Shown: positions 28,126-37,244 of the stretch, piece by piece | How the letters are laid out: every line of letters begins with the position of its first letter | Position numbering within the stretch: the first letter of the stretch is position 1 | Source of the DNA: an uncultured virus (IMG/VR IMGVR_UViG_3300042731_008559) | Taxonomy: Duplodnaviria; Heunggongvirae; Uroviricota; Caudoviricetes | Length of the DNA: 64,000 nt | Virus record (IMG/VR): IMGVR_UViG_3300042731_008559 | Reading direction: 5' to 3' (one strand) | The notes under the pieces: model-generated | Told to the model about the DNA's origin: nothing | The model's database searches: none | The model's input: the letters and a program-made list of their open reading frames with translations, nothing else | Translations under genes and position numbers: made by a program

Positions 28126-29007
28126 ATGTACGAGTACATGACAGGAATGGGGACTCAGGCATTCACGGACAGCGGGATACAACTTGGCCCTGGAGTTCCA
28201 GTGCCGCCTGATTCGGGGATCATTTTGGGCGCACCCACTTCGGTTGGTCCTGACCCGGGGATTATCCTTGGCCCCCCTGAATCCCTTCCTTCAGGTGGGA
28301 TGGTTTCTCCGGAGCTGACGGTGTTCGTCGACGAGCTGAAGGCCGAGAAGGGACCCTTCGTCTACCTGGACAAGGATTCGCCCAGCGGCATGGAGTTCGT
28401 TCAGTGGCTCATGGCCTATGACCAGGGCTACATGGACTGGTTCATGAAAATCATGGCCCTGAAGCTGTCCAAAGACTTGTTCATGGCCGAGGGCGTTGTG
28501 CTCCCCGAATGGCTCGAAGGAAACACTCTTCGGTTCAAGCAGGAGCTGTACAACCTCTACGTCGCCTCGATGAATCGTGTCCGGGCGCTTGTCGCCGCTG
28601 GAACGACGATGCCGGCCCTCGCTGATATGGAACCATTCCTTCGTTGGTGGGCTGAGGTCGATCGAGCGGGCTTTGCTGCCTTCATCGTCCAGAACGCTGA
28701 GGCTGGTGCCACTCCGACTGCGCTCCCTGTTCCCGCTGAGCTTTTCGCCTTCGCGAAGTCGACTCAGTGGAAGGGTGTTCCGTCGAACGCGATGCTCGGG
28801 CTCGACCACCCGCTTTGGGCAGGGATCAAGAATAACTGGTTTTGGATCCTCGGCGGCGTCGTTGGCGGTGCTGTCGCGGCCAAGGCGTGGAGAAACCGTC
28901 AGGAAAAGAAGGCGGTGGAGAGGCTGGGCAAGGCCAAGACTGTTCCGGCTGAGACAATGGTCGAGGTCCCGCGCCGAAACAAGACTCCCTGCAAGAACTG
29001 CTGGTGA
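28126..29007 (+). CDS. Tail-anchored YEY-leader protein
   Basis: MYEYMTGMG; three D[SP]GI.LG repeats; TM WFWILGGVVGGAVAA. Confidence 0.85.
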   Translation: MYEYMTGMGTQAFTDSGIQLGPGVPVPPDSGIILGAPTSVGPDPGIILGPPESLPSGGMVSPELTVFVDELKAEKGPFVYLDKDSPSGMEFVQWLMAYDQGYMDWFMKIMALKLSKDLFMAEGVVLPEWLEGNTLRFKQELYNLYVASMNRVRALVAAGTTMPALADMEPFLRWWAEVDRAGFAAFIVQNAEAGATPTALPVPAELFAFAKSTQWKGVPSNAMLGLDHPLWAGIKNNWFWILGGVVGGAVAAKAWRNRQEKKAVERLGKAKTVPAETMVEVPRRNKTPCKNCW

Positions 29008-29011
29008 GGTG

Positions 29012-29323
29012 ATGGCCTACGTCAGGACATCAGCGGCGCCTCTGGGTGTCGTGAGGACGGACACTCCGGAAGAGCGTGACGCTCTTGTCGCTGAGATGTT
29101 GGCGACTCCCGGAACGACGCAGCACTACGTCGGCTCGCGAGAGATCGAGGTTGGCGATACGTCCGTGCGCGTCCTCCCTGGTGTTCTGACGGTCAATTGG
29201 TACGGTGTCGCGATGCTGGGTGCTGTCATTGTTGGCGGTATCGCGGTCTACAAGCTTGTTTTCACAGAGAGCGGGAAGCGTCGCATCAACGAGATGATGC
29301 GTCGGTGGGCGTTGGAGTCCTGA
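29012..29323 (+). CDS. Small tail-anchored protein
   Basis: MAYVRTSAAPLG after GAGGT; TM WYGVAMLGAVIVGGIAVY. Confidence 0.75.
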   Translation: MAYVRTSAAPLGVVRTDTPEERDALVAEMLATPGTTQHYVGSREIEVGDTSVRVLPGVLTVNWYGVAMLGAVIVGGIAVYKLVFTESGKRRINEMMRRWALES

Positions 29324-29838
29324 TGGCATACGAGTACACAACGGCCTTGGCCGACTTGGACCCCGAGTCCTATGCCTATCGCGAGCTGTACAGCAGGATT
29401 GGCGCAGGACGAGGCGCTTTCAGACGAGCGACCGGCCGACCATGTCCCGAGACCGAGGGTGGACAGCGTTTCGCTCAGATGGACTGGATGGACGCCGAGC
29501 TGTACGGCCGCGCCGGTTGTGTAGACCTCGGTACGCAGGCTGTTCGAGCTGGCGTCGAGTGGAGCGATCCAGACGAAGAAAGACCGTTTGGCGCTAGAGC
29601 AATCCGCGACTACACGGACGTCTGGTGTTGCAACCCAGAGCGTGTCGAGCAGGTTTTTCAACAGTGGACTGAGAGCGATCAGTATCAGTCGAGGCGAAGG
29701 ACCATCGGCGTCATCCTTGTTGTTGGTGTTCTCGCGGCGCTCGCCTTGGTCGTGTGGAGTTGGAAGAAACGGGTCCAGGCTGGAGAGGACATTCCGTTCC
29801 TCGGCAAGACCGTAACGAGGGTAAGCCATGGCGTATGA
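29323..29838 (+). CDS. Tail-anchored YEY-leader protein with a WCC module
   Basis: MAYEYTTALA; AGC..WCCNP; TM followed by WKKR. Confidence 0.8.
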   Translation: MAYEYTTALADLDPESYAYRELYSRIGAGRGAFRRATGRPCPETEGGQRFAQMDWMDAELYGRAGCVDLGTQAVRAGVEWSDPDEERPFGARAIRDYTDVWCCNPERVEQVFQQWTESDQYQSRRRTIGVILVVGVLAALALVVWSWKKRVQAGEDIPFLGKTVTRVSHGV

Positions 29839-30352
29839 GTACATGACGGGGATGGGTGCGGGTGAGACGATTTCTGCTTTCTTTGGACCGGCTTTTCTCA
29901 AGCAAGCAACTGAGACGACATCGTCGAATGGCGTGGCAGCTTTTCGTCGTCTTCGTGAAGGTCGCCAGGAGAGGATAGCGGCTATTCGCGAACAAGCATG
30001 CAGCGGGGTAGGTTGCCCCGATGGCACAGTTCGAGAAGGCGTTCGACCCGACTACAGCGATGCGGTGGCCGCGCTCGCTCTTGAAAACGAAATGCGCGAA
30101 AGAGGATGCTCCCTTCAGTGCATGGAAGATGGGATGTCCTGGTACTGCTGCCCGCAGGCCATTCAACAGATGACCTTGATGATGCCGACTGAGCTTGAGG
30201 TCACTCCGCAGGAAACTGCTGAAACTGCTGCGCCAGCAGAAGAGGCACTGCCCGCTGAGCAGCCGGGCGGCTTCCCATGGGGAGCCGTCGCGGTGCTGGG
30301 AGTTTTGGGTCTCGGTATCGGTGGGGCGGTCTGGTACTGGAAAACGAGGTAG
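29828..30352 (+). CDS. Tail-anchored YEY-leader protein with a Cys-rich module
   Basis: MAYEYMTGMG; RGC..WYCCP; TM followed by KTR. Confidence 0.85.
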   Translation: MAYEYMTGMGAGETISAFFGPAFLKQATETTSSNGVAAFRRLREGRQERIAAIREQACSGVGCPDGTVREGVRPDYSDAVAALALENEMRERGCSLQCMEDGMSWYCCPQAIQQMTLMMPTELEVTPQETAETAAPAEEALPAEQPGGFPWGAVAVLGVLGLGIGGAVWYWKTR

Positions 30353-30355
30353 GTG

Positions 30356-31099
30356 ATGTCCTACGAGTACATGACAGGTCTCGGCATTCTTGGCCCCGAT
30401 ATCATGTGGCAGGAAAAAAATGCTGGGAAACCTCTCGTCGAGAGGACAAAGACCTGTCCAAAGTGGAAGCACCGCGAGTACTTCTCTTACTCGACGACAG
30501 AACCACCCCCTCGTCCGCAGGACCCAACAGGCCGTGGCAAGGTCGATAAAGACTCTTGCTTTTTCACAGGTGAAATTCTTGAGGCGGGAAAGCCTGGCTA
30601 TAATCGCGTTGCGACGTGGTGCTGCGCGCTCGAAGACCTACCAGAACATCGTCCAATGACCGAGGAGGAGGCGACCCGGTTCAATGAAATGGGTCTTTGC
30701 AGACCTATTGTTATGACACGAACCGGCGAGGAGCATCCTAGCGATCCAAAGTGGGCACCGAAGATTGCCTATGTTCCAACAACTTGCCATGAAACCGGTG
30801 TTATCGAAGGTCCGCATCAGCTCATCTGCTGCAAGCGAAGAGAGCCCGGTCCTGTAGAATTTCGCCTTGCTGAGGGTCCTCGTTTCGTCCATGCGGAACT
30901 CACCCCTGAGCAGCAGGCGGCTAATTTGGCTGAAAGAGAAGCGCGGATAGCCGAGCGTGAACAGATCCTCATCGAGTCTGCTGAACCCGAATACGGCTTC
31001 TTTCAAAGGTATGGGGCTCTGTTGTTGTTTGCGGGTGGCGCGGTGGCGGTTGGCCTAGTTGCTGGCGTCATAAAGAAGAGGAGCCAGTCCGAGGAGTGA
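30356..31099 (+). CDS. Tail-anchored YEY-leader Cys-rich protein (paralog of 27319)
   Basis: MSYEYMTGLG; WCC and ICCKR; EPEYGFFQRYG followed by TM and KKR. Confidence 0.85.
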   Translation: MSYEYMTGLGILGPDIMWQEKNAGKPLVERTKTCPKWKHREYFSYSTTEPPPRPQDPTGRGKVDKDSCFFTGEILEAGKPGYNRVATWCCALEDLPEHRPMTEEEATRFNEMGLCRPIVMTRTGEEHPSDPKWAPKIAYVPTTCHETGVIEGPHQLICCKRREPGPVEFRLAEGPRFVHAELTPEQQAANLAEREARIAEREQILIESAEPEYGFFQRYGALLLFAGGAVAVGLVAGVIKKRSQSEE

Positions 31100-32382
31100 T
31101 GCGAGGCCTCGTGTACATAGCTGCCGGTGTAGCCGGTGGTTGGCTTTTTGGGAAGCTACTTTTTGATTCGTCCCCAAGACGAAATCCGGAATGGCGTCTC
31201 GATTGGCTCGATGACGATGGAGAGCCGTCAAAGGCTGAATCCAATGTCTGGGTGGGTGACGAGAAGATCGGATCCATTCTTGACACCTATGTCAGCGGCT
31301 GGATGCCCTACAACTTCAAGGACCAGCCCATGCAGTCCGTTGAGGCGATGAGGGCGGAACAAGCTGCTCAGTCTGTATTTGAATTTTGGCAGCAGGAGAA
31401 AGCCCCAAAAGAGCCTTTTAAAATTGAATGGGAAGTACCTCACCAAGAAGGAAACGTCTCGGCTGACAGGCGATTTATCGGAACAGTTACGCGCACCGAG
31501 TCGGGGGATTGGGCAGCCTATGAGGGGAGCCAGATCGATCCCTTTATGGAGGATTTTTCCAGCGCGAAGAAGGCAGCCGCCGCTGTTTATCGCCGGTGGG
31601 CAGGTCTGCCCGAGCCCCTCCCCGAACCAACGACTGTCGAGGTCGCAGTTCCGAGCTGGGTCAAGAATATAGAAGTCGAACCCACTGTAGGCGCAGGGGA
31701 AAATCGGTTCATCGTTTGGGTTGGCGATGACCGGGCTGGTGTCATCGAGCGCCGCGGTCGTGCTTATGACGCTTACTTCTGGGTCGGCAAGAAAAAGCTG
31801 CAGCTTGAAATCGGAACGACTCGCAAGCGTGCGGTCACTTCCGTCTATGTCGCGCACCAGCTCATGGGCTATCTGGCTCGCTCCTTCGTCAAGGGGAAGA
31901 AACGACGTTTTGTGCCGCCGAAGTACAAGACGCTGCCTAAGAAAAAGGGACAGCGCGCTCGCCGTGTCGAGCAGTTCTGGCGGATGAAGCACTACAAAGA
32001 GCGGTCTCCGGCCGAAGTTAAGGCAGACACTGGTATCCCAGAAAAAGAGATCGTTCGGTACGGCCTTCAGCTCGCAGGGCGAAATCTGATCTACGCAGTC
32101 GCGACGAGTGAAAAAAGAACATCTTTTCAGCGAATCGAGAAGGGCGCCGAGCGTGTTATTGCAGGACGGGGGCACAGGCCTGAGGTGCGAAGAAAGCGTC
32201 GCATTGTGGAGCGACCCGACATCAAAAAACTCAGGAAGAGCACTCAACTCACCACGGAGCAAAAAAAGTTGCTCCCAATGATGAGCACCAAGAGGACATA
32301 TCGCTTCGCCATGGTGGGTCCGCAGGGCCAGGTCGGGATGGTAAAAAGCGAGCACCATGCTGAGGTGTGGGGCAAAGAGTAG
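31099..32382 (+). CDS. N-anchored protein: TM, RRNP, three ~55-aa repeats, very basic C-terminal half
   Basis: GLVYIAAGVAGGWLFG; SSPRRNP; repeats VWVGD..[IA]G.I...A...V[FY]; K/R-rich tail. Confidence 0.8.
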   Translation: MRGLVYIAAGVAGGWLFGKLLFDSSPRRNPEWRLDWLDDDGEPSKAESNVWVGDEKIGSILDTYVSGWMPYNFKDQPMQSVEAMRAEQAAQSVFEFWQQEKAPKEPFKIEWEVPHQEGNVSADRRFIGTVTRTESGDWAAYEGSQIDPFMEDFSSAKKAAAAVYRRWAGLPEPLPEPTTVEVAVPSWVKNIEVEPTVGAGENRFIVWVGDDRAGVIERRGRAYDAYFWVGKKKLQLEIGTTRKRAVTSVYVAHQLMGYLARSFVKGKKRRFVPPKYKTLPKKKGQRARRVEQFWRMKHYKERSPAEVKADTGIPEKEIVRYGLQLAGRNLIYAVATSEKRTSFQRIEKGAERVIAGRGHRPEVRRKRRIVERPDIKKLRKSTQLTTEQKKLLPMMSTKRTYRFAMVGPQGQVGMVKSEHHAEVWGKE

Positions 32383-32390
32383 GAGATGTT

Positions 32391-32879
32391 ATGAACATCG
32401 AGAATTGCGCCAATGGGAATTGCAGCAACGGCTGGATGTATGCAGCCGGTGGCCTGGTGTTGGGCTTTGTCGGCATGACGCTGCTCCAGAAGCGGCGCAT
32501 GACCTCGAACCCTGGCGGTCAGATCTTCGAGATCGATGGGAACCTCCTCATGGTTCGCAAAGACGGCCTTCCAGAGGGCATGTACGCTGTCTACGCGATG
32601 CGGCCCACCGGAAAGTCAGAGGATCTCATCGGGACCATCGTCAGAGGTACTGGGCGGTCGTTCCGTGCCTTTCCACCCGAAAGGTACGACCGTATTCGAG
32701 TCACAAGCGACCTGCCCGAGTTCATCCTTTCGAGAGGGACGCTGACGGGAAGCATCTACAAGGCCGTCGCCTACCTGAACAAGGTGTATCAGCGCGCCTA
32801 CAAGAGGAGCGCTTCGTATAAGGCTGCCTACAAGCGCCGTCTCGGACGCGAGTTCAGCGAGGCGCTCGGAGCTGCTTGA
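32391..32879 (+). CDS. N-anchored membrane protein (NG leader, TM, SNP)
   Basis: SD AGGAG; NCANGNCSNG; TM; RRMTSNP; basic tail. Confidence 0.75.
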   Translation: MNIENCANGNCSNGWMYAAGGLVLGFVGMTLLQKRRMTSNPGGQIFEIDGNLLMVRKDGLPEGMYAVYAMRPTGKSEDLIGTIVRGTGRSFRAFPPERYDRIRVTSDLPEFILSRGTLTGSIYKAVAYLNKVYQRAYKRSASYKAAYKRRLGREFSEALGAA

Positions 32880-33262
32880 TGAATAACGGTAACGGCAGTG
32901 ATGAGACGGGCAGGTTCGTTGCAGCCCTGATAATCATGGGCGGCGGTGTTTTGCTGCTATGGAATATCATTAAGGACACCAGTCCCGAGGCAAATCGCCG
33001 TCGCGCAACCCGCAAGGTCGCTCGGCGAGTAGGCGAGGCGATTGGTATAGATTGGCGAACCGCTCCGTTTTCTGTCGATCAATTCGCCCGTGGAATCATT
33101 GTCGAGATGGAGCATGGGGGCGCCGATCCGAGAACGGACGTGACCGGAGACGACCTTCTCATTACGGGGAAGATTGCCTGGGCGCACCTCAATGAATTTC
33201 CAGACTACTACGAGCGGTTGGACCTGATGGAAGAGCAGGCCCACGAATACTGGGGTATGTGA
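32879..33262 (+). CDS. Membrane-anchored DUF5661-like protein
   Basis: MNNGNG, TM, then GIIVEMEH..TDVTGDD..TGKIAWAHLNEFPDYYERL..MEE. Confidence 0.75.
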   Translation: MNNGNGSDETGRFVAALIIMGGGVLLLWNIIKDTSPEANRRRATRKVARRVGEAIGIDWRTAPFSVDQFARGIIVEMEHGGADPRTDVTGDDLLITGKIAWAHLNEFPDYYERLDLMEEQAHEYWGM

Positions 33263-33990
33263 TGGCGCACGATAACTACAACAGGTTCTACACCTGGGAT
33301 AAGGGCACTCTGATTCTCGATCCTGGCATCTTTGCCTGGGACGAGCCGCATCTAGAAATTTGTGATCAGCCTGTAGCGCATGCCAACAGGTTCGATCATC
33401 TGGCTCGTCCAGATTTGACGCAGTTGTGTCGATATCCAGACCGGCTGCTTGCCATGAAGCACATCCCCGCGCCTATCAGCGTGCGTCAAAAGTGCGACAC
33501 GTTGGAGCCTGGTGAAGCGTATTGCTGTCCGCCCTACGCGATGCCGGATGACTGGCGTGTTGACTTCATGCCAATGGGACAGGAGGAAGACCCGATGGCA
33601 AACGGAAACGGAAACGGAAACGGTCTTTTGGCTCAAGAAGCTCAGATGTTTTACGTCGAGGCCAGACAGATAGGAAGCGATGTTCAATCCGGAGTTCAGC
33701 CGGTTGCGATGGAGCTTTCTGATGAGGCTCAGGCGCTCTATGTAGCGCTTCGTAAGGAGCTGGGGGTCGTCGGGAGCGATATCGCGATCACGATGACGCC
33801 TGTCATCCGAGATGTCGAGGCCGAGGTCGGACCCGTCCTTCGAGAAATCGAGGCAGGAGCAGCTCCGGTTGTCGAGCCGGCTGTTCAGGAGACGCGCGAG
33901 ACCGTTCGCAAGTGGCCGCTTCTCTCTCTGGGGCTCGGGGTCGCTGGTGGTTTCGTGATCGGAAAGATGCTGGCCAAGCGCGGACGATGA
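33262..33990 (+). CDS. Tail-anchored protein with YCCPP module and NGNGNG linker
   Basis: YCCPP; PMGQ..ANGNGNG; C-terminal TM followed by KRGR. Confidence 0.8.
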   Translation: MAHDNYNRFYTWDKGTLILDPGIFAWDEPHLEICDQPVAHANRFDHLARPDLTQLCRYPDRLLAMKHIPAPISVRQKCDTLEPGEAYCCPPYAMPDDWRVDFMPMGQEEDPMANGNGNGNGLLAQEAQMFYVEARQIGSDVQSGVQPVAMELSDEAQALYVALRKELGVVGSDIAITMTPVIRDVEAEVGPVLREIEAGAAPVVEPAVQETRETVRKWPLLSLGLGVAGGFVIGKMLAKRGR

Positions 33991-34532
33991 GCTACTACGG
34001 ACCATATGGGATGGGGCAGCCAGAAGAGCCGCCCGAAGAGATTCCGACCAGAATTTTTTCGCTTCACCCGAAGATTCGTGCGCCGATGCAGCGATCGCCC
34101 GTTGCCAGAAGGGCCTCGGGGATGCGAAGGCAGCGCTTGTGGCGGTCACCAGCTCTCGGAACGGAGGAGTCGGCGATGGCTCCTGGGTGGGAGCCAGTGC
34201 AAGAGCCTCATGACAGAAGGCCATGCGATAACTGGTGGATCGCTGGCCCATACTGCACTGCTGTTTATCAGACGTTCGATCGTCCAGAACCTGTCACGCA
34301 TGGTCAAAGACCTATGACATTCGACTGGGTCATTGCTGTGCTTCCTTTTGTCCTCGGAGGAGTGGGAGGCTACTGGGCTTACAAGAAGTGGCCGGAAAAC
34401 AAGGTGCGCGTTGCTGCTGCGGTGGGTGGCGGGGTTGCCATTGGCGTACTTTCTCCATTTGTTCCAATGCTTCTTCTGGGAGGAGCTATGGCTGCTCGCG
34501 AGGGTGTCACCGGGAGGAGGCCTTCTTTTTGA
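33987..34532 (+). CDS. Membrane protein with MSYYGPYGMG leader and two TMs
   Basis: ATGA coupling; two TMs around YKKWPE, same layout as 23605. Confidence 0.75.
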   Translation: MSYYGPYGMGQPEEPPEEIPTRIFSLHPKIRAPMQRSPVARRASGMRRQRLWRSPALGTEESAMAPGWEPVQEPHDRRPCDNWWIAGPYCTAVYQTFDRPEPVTHGQRPMTFDWVIAVLPFVLGGVGGYWAYKKWPENKVRVAAAVGGGVAIGVLSPFVPMLLLGGAMAAREGVTGRRPSF

Positions 34533-35092
34533 TGAGCTACTACGGGCCAGGATCGCTGTTTTCTCTCGGGACTGATGAGGCGCCTGATGCACCGCCATCC
34601 ACAGAGGCAGAGTGCGAAGAGGGAGAGCTGCTTCAGTGGGCCAGGGACGAAAGAAGCATTTCTCGCTATGGGGAAGAAGGCTGTAGAAACCTAGGACCCT
34701 TTACTGCAACCATGACAATGAGAGGAGCGGCTGGAACAACAACGAGCTATTTCGAGCAAACAGCTTTTTGCTGTCCTCCAGATACGGCTCCTGCACTACG
34801 CGCAGATGTCCTGGACCGAACAAGGCAGATTAGGGGATGGTTTTACGGAATTGTTCCTAACAGAAGAGTTGCGACAGCGGCAACCTGTATGGTCGGACAG
34901 GCGATCCCAGGGGTAATAAGAGGGGGGCATTGGTTTTTTCGCGCGATGCCTCTCTTTTGCGCTCTCATTGGAGTTGCCATTGACTATCACAGAGAAGGGT
35001 TCGGGAAGAGGCTTTTGGGTTATGGAGCCGTCGGTTATGCAGTAGGCGTCGTCGTCCCCTGCATGCTTGCATCCATGCTTCCGGAGACTTGA
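34532..35092 (+). CDS. Membrane protein with MSYYGP..SLG leader, FCCPP module and two TMs
   Basis: EGC..FCCPP; two C-terminal hydrophobic helices. Confidence 0.75.
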   Translation: MSYYGPGSLFSLGTDEAPDAPPSTEAECEEGELLQWARDERSISRYGEEGCRNLGPFTATMTMRGAAGTTTSYFEQTAFCCPPDTAPALRADVLDRTRQIRGWFYGIVPNRRVATAATCMVGQAIPGVIRGGHWFFRAMPLFCALIGVAIDYHREGFGKRLLGYGAVGYAVGVVVPCMLASMLPET

Positions 35093-36021
35093 TGAGCTAC
35101 GGAATTCAAAAGGCGCCTTATGTGCGTGTTCGTAAGAGCAAGAACGGCTCAAAGGTTTATGCCGCAAGTGGAATCGTTCCACGCTTTGCCGGCGTATGGT
35201 CAGCTCGCCCAATACAACCTGAGGGGGAACATCGGGTCTGCCTCAACGGCGAAATCCGCGTTAACCGTAACTACTCGATTCCTATCGGTGGTGGGCGAGT
35301 GAAGCCCTTCCCACGGTCATACACCTGGACCATGCGGACGATGGAAGAGAGCCCGGCTGCTTACTCTCATCGTATTAATTCCTTTAACAGTGGTCCTCAG
35401 GATGTTCTTGGGGCAGACCTGGATGACGAAGACACGCCTCTCCCGGTCGAAAGCATTGTTCCGATCCCGGAGAAACCATCCGTGGTCAAGCAGATGTCTG
35501 ACGAGGAGCTAACAGATTCGCTCAACAAGGCGATTGCTGAATCATGGCGCCTCAAGACCTGCAGTGCTCCCTATTGCCTCGTTCAGGCTCGATTTGTTTT
35601 TGGTCAGCGCGACTCTCTGCTTGCCGAGTACAAGGTGAGGAAGACTCTGCGGGACATGCCGCCGATAGAAGAGCCGGTGCATGTTCTGACCTACGGTCGT
35701 TACAAGCTGGCAAAGGCCATGATCACCTGGTCACAGAATAGATTGACCGGGAGGGCTCTCTGGCCTCTTCGTGTTTATGTAAAAGCCGCTGCCTTCGCGA
35801 TGGAGGCGGCGTTTGGTGGAAAATACCTGACAATGTTTATTGTTTCGAGCCCAGTTTTAGGTTTTTGGGCAGGCCAAAAAATAGGAGGGAGTCTTCCATG
35901 GGGGTTAGTGGGAGCATATGCAGCGATGACAGTGGCGGCTCTCACGCCGCTGGGTCTCTATTCGCTTGCTCAGCTTCTGGGGGCCAAAGAAGAAAAGGAT
36001 TTCGTTCTGGTGGAAGGCTGA
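35092..36021 (+). CDS. Membrane protein with C-terminal TMs
   Basis: MSYG start; internal VLGAD; hydrophobic C-terminal segments. Confidence 0.75.
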   Translation: MSYGIQKAPYVRVRKSKNGSKVYAASGIVPRFAGVWSARPIQPEGEHRVCLNGEIRVNRNYSIPIGGGRVKPFPRSYTWTMRTMEESPAAYSHRINSFNSGPQDVLGADLDDEDTPLPVESIVPIPEKPSVVKQMSDEELTDSLNKAIAESWRLKTCSAPYCLVQARFVFGQRDSLLAEYKVRKTLRDMPPIEEPVHVLTYGRYKLAKAMITWSQNRLTGRALWPLRVYVKAAAFAMEAAFGGKYLTMFIVSSPVLGFWAGQKIGGSLPWGLVGAYAAMTVAALTPLGLYSLAQLLGAKEEKDFVLVEG

Positions 36022-36050
36022 GAGTGACGGGGGACTGCGGAGATAAAGCG

Positions 36051-36374
36051 ATGTCAGACACCGATGAGAAGCAGAATGCCACCGATGAGAAGCTGGATGC
36101 GATTCTGGAGTACTTGAAGAAGCAAGGAGCAGCTCTCACAACGATCGGCAGGCGCCTGGACACGATCGACGCCGAGATGAAAATGATCAGCGAAGCCCAG
36201 AGGAGGATTGGAAAGAGACAGTCGTCTCTTGAAGATCACTACGCAGAGCAGGCGGGCTCATGCCAGGGGGTGATGGCAAAGCTCCACGACCGAATCACAG
36301 GCCTTGAGCAACAGATATCGCCAATACCAAGGGCGTTTGACCCAGATAAAACGGACGGGGGAGAGCCGGGCTAA
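36051..36374 (+). CDS. Small coiled-coil protein
   Basis: Heptad pattern with Pro-rich tail; similar architecture to the next gene. Confidence 0.7.
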   Translation: MSDTDEKQNATDEKLDAILEYLKKQGAALTTIGRRLDTIDAEMKMISEAQRRIGKRQSSLEDHYAEQAGSCQGVMAKLHDRITGLEQQISPIPRAFDPDKTDGGEPG

Positions 36375-36679
36375 TGGATCGAAAGGTTCAAAAGATTTTC
36401 GATACTTTGCAGGCGCAAGCAGAGAAGATCGACCGAATACTGGACACAGGCGATCTTGTCGTCAATGAGATCGATGGCCTTGGTGAAAGGCTGGACCTTG
36501 TTACACAGGCGCTTCAGCAAGTGACGGTGACGCAGGAAGAAATGCTCAATCGCCTGTTGAAGATAGATCAGAATTTTTCCGAAAGGACTGACGCTGTCGT
36601 TGAGCTGTGTGTGAAGACCAGTAAGCGCGTTGACCGGCTTGAAAGTGCAATGACGCCGCCCCCCTCGGGGATGGAATAG
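36374..36679 (+). CDS. Small coiled-coil protein
   Basis: TAATG coupling; heptads; MTPPP tail. Confidence 0.7.
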   Translation: MDRKVQKIFDTLQAQAEKIDRILDTGDLVVNEIDGLGERLDLVTQALQQVTVTQEEMLNRLLKIDQNFSERTDAVVELCVKTSKRVDRLESAMTPPPSGME

Positions 36680-36691
36680 AGAGAGGCAAAT

Positions 36692-37231
36692 ATGACCTAC
36701 GAAGCATACGAATACAGTCCTGTGGGAGACGTTCCTGTGTGGGAGCGTGGCCAGTTTGCCTATGGTGCCGGCCTCTATGCACCGGGTGGCCCCGGCGGCG
36801 GCGCTACGTTTGGCCCAATGTATACGAAGCCTGGACAGCGTCCTCCGGGACCAGGTTCTTGCAGCGAGGTCAGTGGTGGTCGAAGCGTGTGTGTTGGTGC
36901 TCCTTATGGCGAGAAGGGGTTGGAGACCGGGCGTGGCTGGCCACCTGAAATCGGTCCTCAAGAGGAAGGTCTCATGCAGCAAGGGTGCGTCGCAACCGGG
37001 CGCCGCTGTGGAGGGTCCGCTCGGGCTCCGAGCCAGGAATGGTGCTGTCCTGGTGATGCTCTTTTTGTCGGGTCACCCTTTCCACCAGTAATGGCTGGGC
37101 TCGGCTCGAATGGTGAGCAGCCTGCTGGAGCATCTTTGTGGATGCTTCCAGTCTTCTTGCTCGCTGCTGGTGTTTTTGTCGGCTTCGAGGTGCTTCACTG
37201 GTACGGCGCATATTATCGAGGCGAGCTGTAG
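36692..37231 (+). CDS. Tail-anchored YEY-leader Gly/Pro/Cys-rich protein
   Basis: MTYEAYEYSPVG; QGC..WCCPG; MAGLGSNG; TM. Confidence 0.8.
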   Translation: MTYEAYEYSPVGDVPVWERGQFAYGAGLYAPGGPGGGATFGPMYTKPGQRPPGPGSCSEVSGGRSVCVGAPYGEKGLETGRGWPPEIGPQEEGLMQQGCVATGRRCGGSARAPSQEWCCPGDALFVGSPFPPVMAGLGSNGEQPAGASLWMLPVFLLAAGVFVGFEVLHWYGAYYRGEL

Positions 37232-37244
37232 ACGGAGAGTTCTG

